Part shown: piece by piece, positions 25,997 to 39,095 of the stretch
How the letters are laid out: every line of letters begins with the position of its first letter
How positions within the stretch are numbered: position 1 is the stretch's first letter
Assembly: GCF_006345805.1 (NCBI RefSeq)
Contig: NC_043006.1
Coordinates: 16,430,001-16,494,000, forward strand
DNA length: 64,000 nucleotides
DNA from: Octopus sinensis
Taxonomy: Eukaryota
Direction of reading: 5' to 3'
Made by a program: the position numbers and the translations under genes
Notes under the pieces: model-generated
Databases searched by the model: none
The model's input: only the letters and a program-made list of their open reading frames with translations
What the model was told of the DNA's origin: nothing

Positions 25997-26255
25997 CTCT
26001 TTTACTTGTTTCAGTCATTTGATTGTGGCCATGCTGGAGCACCGCCTTTAGTCGAGCAAATCTACACCGGGACTTATTCTTTGTAAGCTTAGTACTTATT
26101 CTGTTGGTCTCTTTTGCCGAACCGCTAAGTTACGGGAACATAAACACACCAGCATCAGTTGTCAAGTGATGTTGGGGGGGGACAAACACAGACACGCAAA
26201 CATATACTCACACACACACATACATATATATATATACATACATACACACATATAC

Positions 26256-26320
<65 letters not shown>

Positions 26321-26488
26321 TATATATACAATGAGCTTCTTTCAGTTTCCGTCTACCAAATCCACTCACAAGGCTTTGGTCGGCCCGAGGCTATAGTAGA
26401 ATACACTTGCCTAAGGTGCCACGCAGTGGGACTGAACCCGGAATCATGTGGTTCGTAAGCAAGCTACTTACCACACAGCCACTCCTGC
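25997..26488 (-). mobile_element. SINE-C full-length
   Basis: Homology to other copies; internal (TA)n expansion. Confidence 0.9.
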
Positions 26489-27152
26489 AAATTTGTTTTT
26501 TTTTCTTTAATGGTCATTGCTGTGTAGTTAAGAAATTTGCTTTGCAATTACATGATTTGGGGTTCAACAAAATTCACTCACAAAGCATTGGTCAAGTGCA
26601 ATCCCAACGTGTGGCAAGTGTCATCTTTTATAGCACTTGACCAATGCCTTGTGAGTGGACTTCCTTGATGGAAACGGGTAGAAAACTGTCTGTGTGTGTG
26701 TGTAATCATCATTGTCGTGTCTACTTTTTCGTGCATGGATGGCATTTGTTGAGGCAGATTTTCTACACCTGGTGCCTGTCAGAAACTTCACCTGTTTCTG
26801 AGTAAGGTAATATTTCCCCATGACCAGACAGATTTCCAGGTTATGGAGGGGAAATATATGTGTGTCTTTGTGTTAAGTTCTCTACTGTTTGACAACTGGT
26901 TTTGGTTTGTTTATGTCCATATAACTTAACAGGACAGCAAAACAGACTGATAGAATAACTAACTACTGGAATCAGTTTGTTCAACCAAACCCTTCAAGGC
27001 TTTGTGCCCCTTGCATGACTGCAATCCAGGTAAAAGACAAAAGATTATTGAAAGAATTTCCAAAGTGTGGAGTAGAAAGAAAAATATATTTACAAAAAAA
27101 AAAAAAATTTAATTTCTAAATGTAATTTTATCAGAAACTAATATACAAGAAA

Positions 27153-27443
27153 CTGGCACGTAAAAAGCACCATCTGAACGTGGCTGATGTCAGCACCGCC
27201 TTGACTGGCTTCCGTGCCAGTGGCACGTAAAAAGCACCAACCAATCGTGGCCATTGCCAGCCTCGCCTGGCACATAAAAAGCACACACTACACTATGGAG
27301 TGGTTGGCGTTAGGAAGGGCATACAGCTGTAGAAACACTGCCACATCAGACTGGAGCCTGGTGCAGCCTTCTGGCTTCCCAGATCCCGGTCGAACCGTCC
27401 AACCCATGCAAGCATGGAAAACAGACGTTAAACGATGATGATG
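27153..27443 (+). mobile_element. SINE-A copy
   Basis: Homology to other copies. Confidence 0.85.
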
Positions 27444-28338
27444 TAAAAGATTTGATTGAAATTTAATAAAACTTCCTAGTTTTGTTTGATAAGCATAACA
27501 AATTTAAAAGCCATTATTTTTGATAACACCAATTTCCTTTTTTGTTTTTGTGAGTAATTAGGTTGTACAGTCTTGGTGATGTCCTAGTAAAGAATCTATT
27601 TTTCACATTCTTTATAAATTAACATAATTTAATCCTGTTTACTGAAACTACAAATCTGTTATTGTTGTTTACAGTCAACAATTATTTTGATATCTGTGTG
27701 TGGCTATGTATATTGATAGATAAATAGGTACAGATGTGGCTATAAGCACAAGCAAGGTTAACAGGAATAAGCATTGCTGTGTGGTTAAGATGTTTGCTTC
27801 CTAGCTTTGTGGTTTTGAGTTCAGTTCTGCTGTGTGGCTCCTTAGATAAATTGTCTTCTGCAATAGCCCTGGATTGACCAAAGTCTTGTGAATGGATTTG
27901 GCAGTGTGTAAAGAAGTCTCACATTACTTTTCACAAAGCTGTGAAGAATGATAAGAATAAAGATGGGGGAAAAGAAACATATTGATGCTTCCTTGGTAGC
28001 ATTGTGAATTTAACATAGTAGTTATTCAAGCCCCAACCTTCTATGGTGGCTTGTTTCACATTCTATGTCTCTGTGTTTGTGTGTCTCTCTCTCTGTCTAG
28101 CTTTCTGTGATGTGGTTGGTGTTGGGAAAGGTACCCAATTATAAAAACCATGCCGAAAAAAATATTGAGGTTTGGCATTGTCCTCTGTCTCGTTGGCTCC
28201 TGTCAACCCGTCCAACCCATGCCAGCATGAAGAACAGTCATTAAATGATAATAATATACAATAATCCCGCTACTATTGCAGGTATTACATTCCAACCCCA
28301 CCACCACGATAAGTGAAAATCCATGAAGTAGAAACAGT

Positions 28339-28620
28339 AACGTGGCCGTTGCCAGCGCCGCCTCGATTGGCTCCATGCTGGTGGCACGTAAAAAGCACCA
28401 ACCAATCGTGGCCGTTACCAGCCTCGCCTGGCACCTGTGCCGGTGGCACATAAAAAGCACCCACTACACTCACGGAGTGGTTGGCGTTAGGAAGGGCATC
28501 TAGCTGTAGAAACACTGCCAGATCAGACTGGGCCTGATGCAGCCTCCTGGCTTCCCAGACCCCAGCCAAACCGTCCAACCCATGCTAGCATGGAAAGCGG
28601 ACATTAAACGATTATGATGA
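28339..28620 (+). mobile_element. SINE-A copy
   Basis: Homology to other copies. Confidence 0.85.
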
Positions 28621-28888
28621 ATTCGTATAAATTTATTTTATCATAAATGAAAAACAACACAACGGAGGAATTGGTGTAAGCTTAAAAGATAAACCACGAT
28701 ATGGCAAGGGATTACTGTATGTATACGTATGTATATAGTTCACGCTCGCTCTCTTTCCTTCCCTATTTCAACTCAGTCTGTAATTTATCCTCACAGGCCA
28801 CTTGAAACTTGTCATAGTATCACTCTTGCGTTGTCTTGATCCAAAATAAGTACATATCAACCTGAAAGTTTTAAATATTCACATAGAT

Positions 28889-29200
28889 CCACATATGTAT
28901 CTACCCACACCCACATATGTATCTACCCACACCCACATATGTATCTACCCACACCCACATATGTATCTACCCACACCCACATATGTATCTACCCACACCC
29001 ACATATGTATCTACCCACACCCACATATGTATCTACCCACACCCACATATGTATCTACCCACACCCACATATGTATCTACCCACACCCACATATGTATCT
29101 ACCCACACCCACATATGTATCTACCCACACCCACATATGTATCTACCCACACCCACATATGTATCTACCCACACCCACATATGTATCTACCCACACCCAC
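28889..29200. repeat. 22-bp minisatellite (CCACATATGTATCTACCCACAC)x~14
   Basis: Apparently perfect units; explains the three MYLPTPTYVSTHTHICIYPHPH ORFs. Confidence 0.95.
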
Positions 29201-30283
29201 TGTGTGTCCCGTGATATACATTCACATATTGTTACATTTGGTTGTTTTCATTTAACATACAATGCATGCTCACACGCACATATTCATCATCATCATCATC
29301 ATCCGCAATTATGTAAACTTGTAAAAGTTAAACACATGTATGCATACGTCTGGCTACATTGAACAGAGCTTTCTTTGAAGCCACTTCCTCTTGGAGGTCT
29401 GCTGACATATGACTCTTTTGTACTGCTCTTTCAGAACACTTGTAACCTTCTTGATCATTAAATGTAAGATAATACAGTGTTGGGAGTTAATAATTGTCGT
29501 TGAATAACAACTAAACCACTTGTGTGAGAGTTCTATATCAAGGCTGCTCTGAATTTGATGAAGTATGATTAGAAACTCTGAAATGATTTGTTAGAAATTG
29601 ATTTTAATTGATTTTTCTGTGAAATTATTGTTTGTATAATTCAATGGATATCTTGATTTTACTAAAGAATTATCTATAACTCAACAAAGAGTTACTTTTA
29701 ACCATTTTAATTGTTTGTTTGGTGAAAATGGTGATGCCCTATTTTAAAGAATTGTCCTTAGAATTCGGTTCTTGAAAGTTTAACATTATAAAAAATACTT
29801 TAATATTTCTCAAACTTTTTGTTACCATGTTTCTATTGAAATACTCTACTTTCGTTTAAATTAATTTTGAAAATAATGAATAATTTAGTGAAATAATTTT
29901 GTTATAATTAAGGTGGTATTTGGGGCATAAGCTAACATAAATTTTATTGGAATGTTTTAATTTAGATCACTCTTTAAACTAAGGGCAGATCAAGGCAGTT
30001 TGTTACCAAGAGTTATGATGTTTTCTTGTTTTTTCTTCAAATACCAAATTGTTTCTTCACGAAAAAAAAAATAATGAATGAATTACTCAGCTTCAACCTT
30101 TCAGGTGAATGGTTTTTGTGCATGGTTCCATGATTAAGTAGTTTGCTTCCTAACTACATAGTTTTTGGTTTTGTCACACTCTGTGATACATTGAGAAAGT
30201 ATTTTCTGTTATACTGAACTACAAAAGATTATTTGTTTCACACATGATAGTGAGATTATCACATTTTTATCACATTTTTAGAC

Positions 30284-30493
30284 AGTCTGGACTTGAACCC
30301 CATAGAGCGCCTGTGGGACAAAATCTAAAGAAGGCTAAATGACATCCGTCCAAAGCCAACAACCCTGGCACAACTCGCTGCAAGTTTTAACAGAATGTGG
30401 GCTGCTATCCCCATGGCCTCATTCGTTTGGTGCGTTCAATGTACAGAAGATGCCTGGTGGTAATCAACACCAACTGTGGTCACGAGATATTGA
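30284..30493 (+). pseudogene. Tc1 transposase C-terminal fragment
   Basis: SLDLNPIERLWDKI*RRL...MWAAIP, then a frameshift to LVRSMYRRCLVVINTNCGH..Y*; Tc1 SPDLNPIE motif. Confidence 0.85.
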
Positions 30494-30854
30494 GTTCATT
30501 TCTTTGGATCCAGTATGCTTCATCATCACATGACACCATGTGACATCAAACATGTTTCAGGAAATGGTGCTTTATCATTAAGAAATAACAGTTTTTTAAT
30601 TATCACTCTTCAATCAATGCTATGGCTGTCTGTTAATAAACTGGTTTCTATTTACCATTTGTGCAACATTTCTTTTGTGGTTCAGTTTATTATCCTGTGC
30701 CAACCGAAACCTCGAGTGGATTTGGTGCATGGAAACTGAACGAAGTCTCTCATATGTACATATTTGTATGAGTGTTTTATGTTTCCTTATCTTGACATGT
30801 CATGATAGTTGTGAGCACCACCATCTTACCAATATGTGTCATTAATTTATAATC

Positions 30855-31338
30855 TTCCACAAAAATATGTTTGGATATGAGAAAAATATAATCTTACTTG
30901 GAAACATGTAAGGGTTTGCAACAGGAAGGGCATCTGACCATATGAAATCTGCCTCAAAGAATTCCATCTGACCTATACAAGCATAGAAAACTGGACATTA
31001 AATTGCCGACAATTATCACATTTAGATAGAATTCATTGTCCCGAAAAAGTGGCAGATAAAATATAATTCTTTCAAAATGTTGCTTATTTCTACAAAAATA
31101 TTCCACAAAAATATGTTTGGATATGAGAAAAATATAATCTTACTTGGAAACATGTAAGGGTTTGCAACAGGAAGGGCATCTGGCCATATGAAATCTGCCT
31201 CAAGGAATTCCATCTGACCTATATAAGCATAGAAAACTGGACATTAAATTGCTGACAATTATCACATTTAGATAGAATTCATTGTCCTGATAAAGTGGCA
31301 GATAAAATATAATTCTTTCAAAATGTTGCTTATTTCTA
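30855..31338. repeat. Tandem duplication of 238 bp with an 8-bp junction insert
   Basis: 30855-31092 and 31101-31338, 6 mismatches; spacer CAAAAATA. Confidence 0.95.
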
Positions 31339-32019
31339 ATTATAAAAAAAAATCTAAAAGCATTTAAGTACATGATTTTTTTTTTTTCTTTTGCTGATTT
31401 CAATCATTGAGCTATGAACACATTTGTGCACTTGCTTTCAATATATAAATTTCACATTATTATTCCTGACCACTGGCAGCTTTCCAAAATAGCCATAGTA
31501 GCTAAAACCAGTTCAATCCTCACTGTCCATTCAGGTGAAGCATGCAAGACGAGGGTAAAACTCTTGTGACTCTAAGGTACTTACTGAAGATACAAGAAGG
31601 TTTCTAGCATTTTGATAGCTTTAATCACCGTCAGAAGAGCTTGCAATGTCGCTCCTACAGTTTCTGTATCAAGGAAAGCATCTCTGATGTTTATTTCATC
31701 ACATAATTTCGTTTTCAAGATTCTTTATATGTGTTTGTGTGTTGAAGCATATTTTGTTGTGTCTGGGGAGAGTCATTTTCTTTTTGTGCCTTATAATATA
31801 ACACACTCACCGGTAAAATTTCCACATAATGTTATATTTTTAATCTCAGCTGTTGAGATTGGTGCACCCTCTAAGCTGTGTGAGTTTCTGTACATAGATT
31901 TTGCAACCAGAGCATTAAAAAAAGTATTGCCTGCACAAAAGGGTAGTTGCTTAATGTAACAAGGTAAATAATAATTATAAAAGGATAAAAGATAGAGATC
32001 CTTCCTAAGTTACATAGAC

Positions 32020-32240
32020 TCATAGAGTTGGTTTCCTGGTTTACATGGTGCCTATATTGCCCACCTGGATGGAATGTCAGTCCTTTACAGGATTGCTCCT
32101 TTTTTGCCAGCTGAGTTGACTGGAGCAACATGAAATAAAGTGTTTTGCTCAAGAACACAACGCAATGCCCAGTCCAGGAATCAAAACCACAATCTTACAA
32201 TCAGGAGTCCAACACTCTAACCACTAAGTCACATGCCTCC
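32020..32240 (-). mobile_element. Older SINE-D-related copy
   Basis: Head homologous to 7222-7474. Confidence 0.7.
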
Positions 32241-32664
32241 TGCCAGTGGCACGTAAGAGAACTATCCAAATGTGGCCGTTGCCAGCCTCGCTGGCCCCCA
32301 TGCTGGTGGCACATAAAAAAGCACCATCCATTCATGGCCGTTGCCAGCTCCGCCCCGACTGGCCTCGTGCCGGTGGCACGTAAAAAGCACCATCCGTTCA
32401 TGGCCGTTGCCAGCCTCGCCTGGCACATAAAAAGCACCAACCGTCCGTGGTCGTTTGCCAGCTCCGTCTGGCACCTGGGCAGGTGGCATGTAAAAAGCAC
32501 CCTCTACACTCACGGAGTGGTTGGCGTTAGGAAGGGCATCCAGCCGTAGAAACACTGCCAGATCAGACTGGGCCTGATGCAGCCTTCTGGCTTCACAGAC
32601 CCCAGTTGAACCATCCAACCCATGCTAGCATGGAAAGCGGACGCTAAATGATGATGATGATGAT
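32241..32664 (+). mobile_element. SINE-A copy with ~5 tandem 5' units
   Basis: Repeated TGGCAC(G/A)TAAAAAGCACC units, then the core and tail. Confidence 0.85.
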
Positions 32665-33098
32665 ATTGTTGAAAATAATCTCTTAGCTAATAGTGTCTAT
32701 CAACTTGTTAGATTTTTGTTTGTTTACTTTTTTTCAATTGGTATATTTGTACATCACTAATTTACAACCATTCTTTCTCCTTCCTTACCTGTTCCACAAT
32801 TTAACTGCAGCTATGTTTGACAGAGTTCATTTCCCAATGTTCACAAAGAGCCATTTCAAATTCTGTAGATAACTGTAGATATGGGTAGAAGCCTGTTGTG
32901 TGTGTGTGTGTATGTGCATGTATGTTTATGATTCCTTGTCTTGGCATCGTGCAAATAGTTGTGAACGAACGTCACTGTCATTCAAGTAGCGTCATTCATT
33001 TCAAATATTCTTCAAAGGATTGGTGATAGCCAGCCATAGAAAAATTTGCCTCAAAAGACACTGTCCCGCCCATGCAAACAAAGAAAAGTGAACAGTAA

Positions 33099-33328
33099 CT
33101 CTTTCGATACCAACCCGGTGGAAACCGCCTCTGGTTCTGTAGTACAAATATCTTTGTTTTCACAAGTTTTGAATTAAAATCTTCCACCAAACCTTAGTCA
33201 CAAATTGTATTCCTAACACTAGTTATCATTATGATAACTAAGTTATTTTTCTAAATTCTTGTTATATTTAAAATTAATTGAAAAAAACCAAAACAGAGCA
33301 TCTCAAAATAAATACAGTAACAAAAGGG
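33099..33328. mobile_element. TTAA MITE family 1
   Basis: Opposite orientation to 4609; ends CAAAAGGG|TTAA. Confidence 0.75.
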
Positions 33329-33446
33329 TTAAAACAACAATTACGATGAAGAGGAATGGGAAAAGAGAAGTTAAATACAGCTTTGTCAGAGATTGAACTC
33401 CGAAATTATGAGACAAGAGGTTCAGTCAGTTCTGTGATACAATTTA

Positions 33447-33681
33447 CCTATTTCTTTATTGCCCACAAGGGGCTAAACATAGAGGGGACAAACAAGGACA
33501 GACATAGGTATAAAGTCGATTGCATCGACCCCAGTGCGTAACTGGTACTTAATTTATCGACCCCGAAAGGATGAAAGGCAAAGTCGACCTCGGCGGAATT
33601 TGAACTCACAACGTAACGACAGACGAAATACGGCTACGCATTTCGCCCGGCGTGCTAACGTTTCTGCCAGCTTGCCGCCTT
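33447..33681 (-). mobile_element. SINE-B full-length
   Basis: Homology to other copies; tail reads AAAGAAATAGGTA. Confidence 0.9.
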
Positions 33682-34632
33682 AAGCTCCCCAAAGAGTAAA
33701 ACCACTTAACAAGCAGCCTTCATATTCAAAAGAAATGGCCTGATGTGTACTGTCCTATTTAATTCCCTACTGATGTTATTTGCTAAGTAATTTTAATAGA
33801 TGATATCTAAAATCCCTTTAGCAACTGTCGTCGTAACTGGAAGTTGGACAAGTGGTTATAACTTTTGTTGCTGCCTTATAACAAGTGACCTTCCTTGAAG
33901 CTATTATGTAAGTAATCAAAACATAACCAGTGAACACTACTACTACTCACCACTTTTCGTTTTAATTTGCCTAAAAAAAAAATTCATTTTTTTTTCTATT
34001 ATTTTGTATTTAAGAAATCATTCTTTCTTTTATTTTTGCCTGTTGTGGCCTTGAATTTATAATTTAAACTACTTTTTTTTTTTTTTTTTTGCAATTTGTA
34101 TTTAGTTATGATGATTATAGGTACTATATGGTTCTGGGTTCAGTCCCTCTGTGTGACCCTTTGAGCAAGTCTGCTATAACCCCCAGGCCAACCAAAGCCT
34201 TGTGATTGGATTTGGTAGGCAGGAACTGATAGTAGCCTGTGGTGTGTGTGTGTGTGTGTGTGAACTTTAGGTTAGTTAAAATATGTTTGTGATGTTTCAA
34301 TTTCTAAAGACAAATTCACTGCATTTACAGTAGAAAAGATGTCTGTGTGTCTTTGTGTTTACCTCCCACCACCATTTGACAAATGGTGTTGGTTTGTTTA
34401 CATCCCTATAACATAAAGGTTCTACAAAAAGAGACCAGTAGCATGAGTACTAGACTTAAAAAAAAATAATAATACTGGAGTCAGTTTGTTTGACTAGATC
34501 CTTAAAGGCAGTGCTCCAGCATGGCCACAGTCTAATGAATGAAACAAGTAAAAGATAAAAGATAAAGATGGTTTATAATACTGCATATGTATTTAAATAT
34601 GCATACTGTTTTCATTTAATGTCCACTTTTCC

Positions 34633-34969
34633 TCATCATCATCATCATCATCATCATTTAGCGTCCGCTTTCCATGCTAGCATGGGTTGGACGGTTCAAC
34701 TGGGGTCTGTGAAGGCAGAAGGCTGCATCAGGCCCAGTCTGATCTGGCAGTGTTTCTACGGCTGGATGCCCTTCCTAATGCCAACCACTCCGTGAGTGTA
34801 GTGGGTGCTTTTTACGTGCCAGACGGAGCTGGCAAACGGCCACGTTCGGATGGTGCTTTTTACGTGCCACCGGCATGGGGGCCAGGCGAGGCTGGCAATG
34901 GCCACGAATTGATGGTGCTTTTTACATGCCACTGGCACGAGGCCAGTCGAGGCGGCGCTGGCAACAGCC
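34633..34969 (-). mobile_element. SINE-A copy
   Basis: Homology to other copies. Confidence 0.85.
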
Positions 34970-35204
34970 CTGTCAGACAAAATTTGCTAAGGCAGATTTT
35001 CTACAGCCAAGTGCTTTTCCACTCTACAACTCTTACCTGTTTCCAAGCAAGTTGATGTTCTGCATGACCAGAATGGTTTCTTAAAAAATACAGAGCAAAG
35101 AATAAAAAAAAGACAAATCAAAACAAAAAGTGGTTATCGATTAGTATTTGTTAGTTGTGTGTATATATGCATATAGATAGGTAGATAAGGTAGGTACAAG
35201 ACAA

Positions 35205-35607
35205 GGCAAGCTGGCAGAAACATTAGCATGCCAGGCAAAATGCTTAGTAGTATTTCGTCTGCCGTTATGTTCTGAATTCAAATTCCGCCGAGGTCAACTT
35301 TGCCTTTCATCCTTTTGGGATTGATTAAATAAGTACCAGTTACGCACTGGGGTCGATATAATCGACTTAATCCCTTTGTCTGTCCTTGTTTGTCCTCTCT
35401 GTGTTTAGCCCCTTGTGGGTAGTAAAGAAATAGGTATTTCGTCTGCCGTTACATTCTGAGTTCAAATTCCGTCGAGGTCGACTTTGCCTTTCATCCTTTC
35501 GGGATCGATAAATTAAGTACCAGTTATGCACTGAGGTCGATGTAATCGACTTAATCCCTTTGTCTGTCCCCTCTATGTTTAGCCCCTTGTGGGCAATAAA
35601 GAAATAA
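35205..35607 (+). mobile_element. SINE-B head-to-tail dimer
   Basis: Second unit from 35433; 23-bp TSD ATAAGGTAGGTACAAGACAAGGC at 35185-35207 and 35604-35626. Confidence 0.9.
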
Positions 35608-36181
35608 GGTAGGTACAAGACAAGGCCTTGCAATCTGGCTGTAACATGTTTGAGTCTAGTTTAGTCGGGAAGCTTGTTGTACACATGCGTTGTCTATTAT
35701 TGTTGTTTAGCCCCAGGCCAGCTCTGATCAGCAAGAGAGCTTCTACATACAGTACCAATTTGGAGAATTGGTTTAATTTATTTAAGCATTTGATGAAATG
35801 CTTTGTGATATTCATCTTGGCTCTTCTTTCAGTTCTGAGTTCTTGGGTGTTAGGAGTAGGATTAATCCATTGCCCAGTTTAATGCCACTACCTGGCACTT
35901 TGAGTGTCTTTGGTAAAGTTCACACTCTGTTGCAAGATTTCAGACCAGTTTTCCAGTTTGGAAAATTCTCTTTCTTTCTTCCCATCAGTTTTGGGGGATC
36001 TGAAAAGTAAATGATAGAAAAAAAAAAAAATGAAATGGTCATAATTTATAATGAGCCAGTAGATATGCATATATATGTGTGTGGAGATAATGATGCAAAT
36101 GAACAAAAGTTCAAATCATTTGAGCACTACTAAGTATTTTCCCTCTTAAGCAACTCTGGATCTTACCTGTTCATTCTATAT

Positions 36182-36604
36182 ATCATCATCATCATCATCA
36201 TCATCGTTTAAACGTCCGTTTTCCGCGCTAGCACGGGTTGGACGGTTCGACCGGGGTCTGGGGAGCCAGGGGCTGCCCCAGGCTCCAGTCTGGTCTGGCA
36301 GTGTTTCTACAGCTGGATGCCCTTCCTAACGCCAACCACTCCGCGAGTGTAGTGGGTGCTTTTTACGTGCCACCTGCACAGGAGCCAGATGAGACTGGCA
36401 TCGGCCACGATCGGTTGGTGCTTTTTTGTTTATGTGCTACCGGCACAGAAGCCAGTCAAGGCGGTGCTGGCATCGGCCACGTTCGGATGGTGCTTTTTAT
36501 GTGCCACCGGCACAGAAGCCAGTGGAGGCTGCACTGGCAACGGCCACGTTCGGATGGTGCTTGGCCACGTTCGGATGGTGCTTTTTATGTGTCACCAGCA
36601 CAGG
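36182..36604 (-). mobile_element. SINE-A copy with multiple tandem units
   Basis: Homology to other copies; repeated GGCCACGTTCGGATGGTGCT units. Confidence 0.85.
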
Positions 36605-37106
36605 TATCACAACTACTGTTTCCATTGATATTTGGTTCGATGTTCATATTGCTTATAAAGGCAATCTAATTATATAAAAGAAAATTCCCTATGTATCTCT
36701 ATATAATAATAGCTCATATAAATGTTAATTGGTTAGTTTTTCCAGTCGGACCTTACAGTGTATAGAGAGAGAGTAACAAATAGATGAAGAGAGAGTTAAA
36801 ATAAGGGGTGCAAGGTGAGTGGAGAGAAGGAAGGAGTAAGTAACAGTAGTGGTGGGAGGAGTTAAAAAACTGAGAAATTTGTTTTATTTCATGTCAATTA
36901 TTATTTTCCTTTTGAAAATTAGTATTCATTTTATCATTTTGTATAAGAACCAAAGAATTTGATAAATTATATACATTCAATGTATGCCTTATTTCTTGAT
37001 ATTTTCCATGGCTACAAATATATACTTCCAAAGTTATCTGTTATAGGCCAGGCTTTGTTTTAATTTTGAGGTGAATACAAAGTTATTATATTGATGTCTT
37101 TTTCAT

Positions 37107-37342
37107 GTGCCAGTGGCACGTAAAAAACACCAACCGATCGTGGCCATTGCCAGCCTCCCCTGGTACGTAAAAAGCACCCACTACACTCACGGAGTGGTTG
37201 GCGTTAGGAAGGGCATCCAGCTGTTGAAACACTTCCAGATCAGACTGGAGCCTGGTGCACCCTCCTGGCTTCCCAGAGCCCGGTCGAACCGTCCAACCCA
37301 TGCTAGCATGGAAAACGGACGTTAAACGATGATGATGATGAT
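37107..37342 (+). mobile_element. SINE-A copy
   Basis: Homology to other copies. Confidence 0.85.
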
Positions 37343-37453
37343 TACTATCACAAGAGAATGGATTCAACCAGGATTCAGAACTGTACGGATCAGTCTACCC
37401 AACAATAGATTCCCTTACCATATTCCGTTATTACTCAGTCTGTTATAGTAATG

Positions 37454-37517
37454 CCTATTTCTTTACTACCCACAAGGGGCTAAGCACAGAGGGGACAAAC
37501 AAGGACAGACAGACGGA
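37454..37517 (-). mobile_element. SINE-B 3' fragment
   Basis: 10-bp TSD TTATAGTAAT at ~37443 and ~37518. Confidence 0.75.
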
Positions 37518-37816
37518 TTATAGTAATACCATCAAAAGATTTGCTAAAAACATATTTCAATGTTATCATTTGCAGTCCTTTATTAAGTATGTAGAGGCTA
37601 ATCAGCTATTCCATGACCTTGTTCATAATTTATTTTATTATTATATTTCATCTAATTGACAATAACAATTAACACATAATGTAATTTGAAAGAATTTCTG
37701 TTGTTTGTAGTCTCATCCACTATGTATATTTTCAATCATAAAATATTTTGTACCAACTTTTTGCGGGAATTGGGGCATAATATGGGGTACAATTAATGTA
37801 CAAATGCAACTTATTT

Positions 37817-38040
37817 ATCATCATCATCATTTAACGTCCATTTTCCATGCTAGCATGGGTTGGACGGTTTGACTGTGGGCGGGCGAAGCAGATGACTGCA
37901 CCAGGCTCCAGTCTTGATCTGGCAGAGTTTCTACAGCTAGATGCCCTTCCTAATGCCAACCACTCCTAGTGTATAGTGGGTGCTTTTACATGCCACCAGC
38001 ACATGGGCCAGTCAGGCGGTACTGGCAACGACCTCGCTCA
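37817..38040 (-). mobile_element. SINE-A copy
   Basis: Homology to other copies. Confidence 0.8.
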
Positions 38041-38687
38041 AATTTTTTTTTTTTAATGTAGACCTCCTTATCAACTTTTCCCTGGAGCAGGACTTTGAAA
38101 CATTGGGTTTTCCACTCACCATAATAATTGTGCTGTACTCTTTCTGTTGATTTTTCTGACTAATAAAAGTCATGCCAAAACAGACCACCACCTGTCTCTT
38201 CGGATTCTGTTTTATAAAATACAGACTTTCATGGTTGGTAGAATTAACTTGTCTTTGGGTGTGTTTAAAGGAGTCTAATTTGTACCATGTTGTAAAGCAT
38301 TTAGACTATGTCTTCAGTTTGAAAATACCTTCCTCCCACCAGGCTTTGAGCTCTGTTGGAAGTCTTGATCTCTGCCTGACTAAAAGATATGTAAAAGAAA
38401 ATGTGGTTAGTTAATGGTAATACTATATAAGGATTGGTAGGAGTGTCATTAAAATAGGCTTATGTTTTGAAAAGTGGTCGGTGAAATGTAGAATATGAGG
38501 GGAAAATGTGCAGATGATTAAATTAAGTTTATTATTATCATTATTATTATTACTATTATTATCAGTAATATATTTAGTTTGACTCACCGCTCTGCTATAG
38601 ATAATGAGTTTTGTGTCTGTTTTCAAATATATTGACATATTCTCTGTGGATTAATAAAGCGGGAACATTACACCAGAAAATACACAC

Positions 38688-38766
38688 AAGGAAATTAGTT
38701 TATAAATAAACTGATGTTTGTTACACAGAAGGAAACTAGTTTATAAATAAACTGATGTTTGTTACA
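38688..38766. repeat. 41-bp tandem duplication
   Basis: AAGGAAA(T/C)TAGTTTATAAATAAACTGATGTTTGTTAC twice. Confidence 0.9.
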
Positions 38767-39056
38767 GATCATATCACTGTATTTTTAAGTTTAAAATGCC
38801 TTCCTCGGTGTTGTGAACTTGGCCTTTTAATGTAATAAAGGTCATTTTTAAAACAGATATCTTAATGTCTGTGATATAGATAGCTACATTATATGAGTGC
38901 TCTATTGCGTTAATCACTAATTAAATTATAATCTAATTTTGAACTTTCAATATTGTCCATCATTATGATGATGAATATAGACCGTTTTATTTTTACAAGA
39001 AACAAATCATCTGAAATACAGATCTTTCCACAATAAATTGCTATTTTTATTTATTC

Positions 39057-39095
<39 letters not shown>

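Noticed and set aside
28895-29362. 155-aa, 112-aa and 91-aa repetitive ORFs
   Set aside because: All three frames are open only because the 22-bp unit has no stop codon; this is a minisatellite artefact.
36238-36669. MDGSTGVW... and MPVARKKH... ORFs recurring at many loci
   Set aside because: Read-through of SINE-A copies, with frames disrupted differently in each copy.
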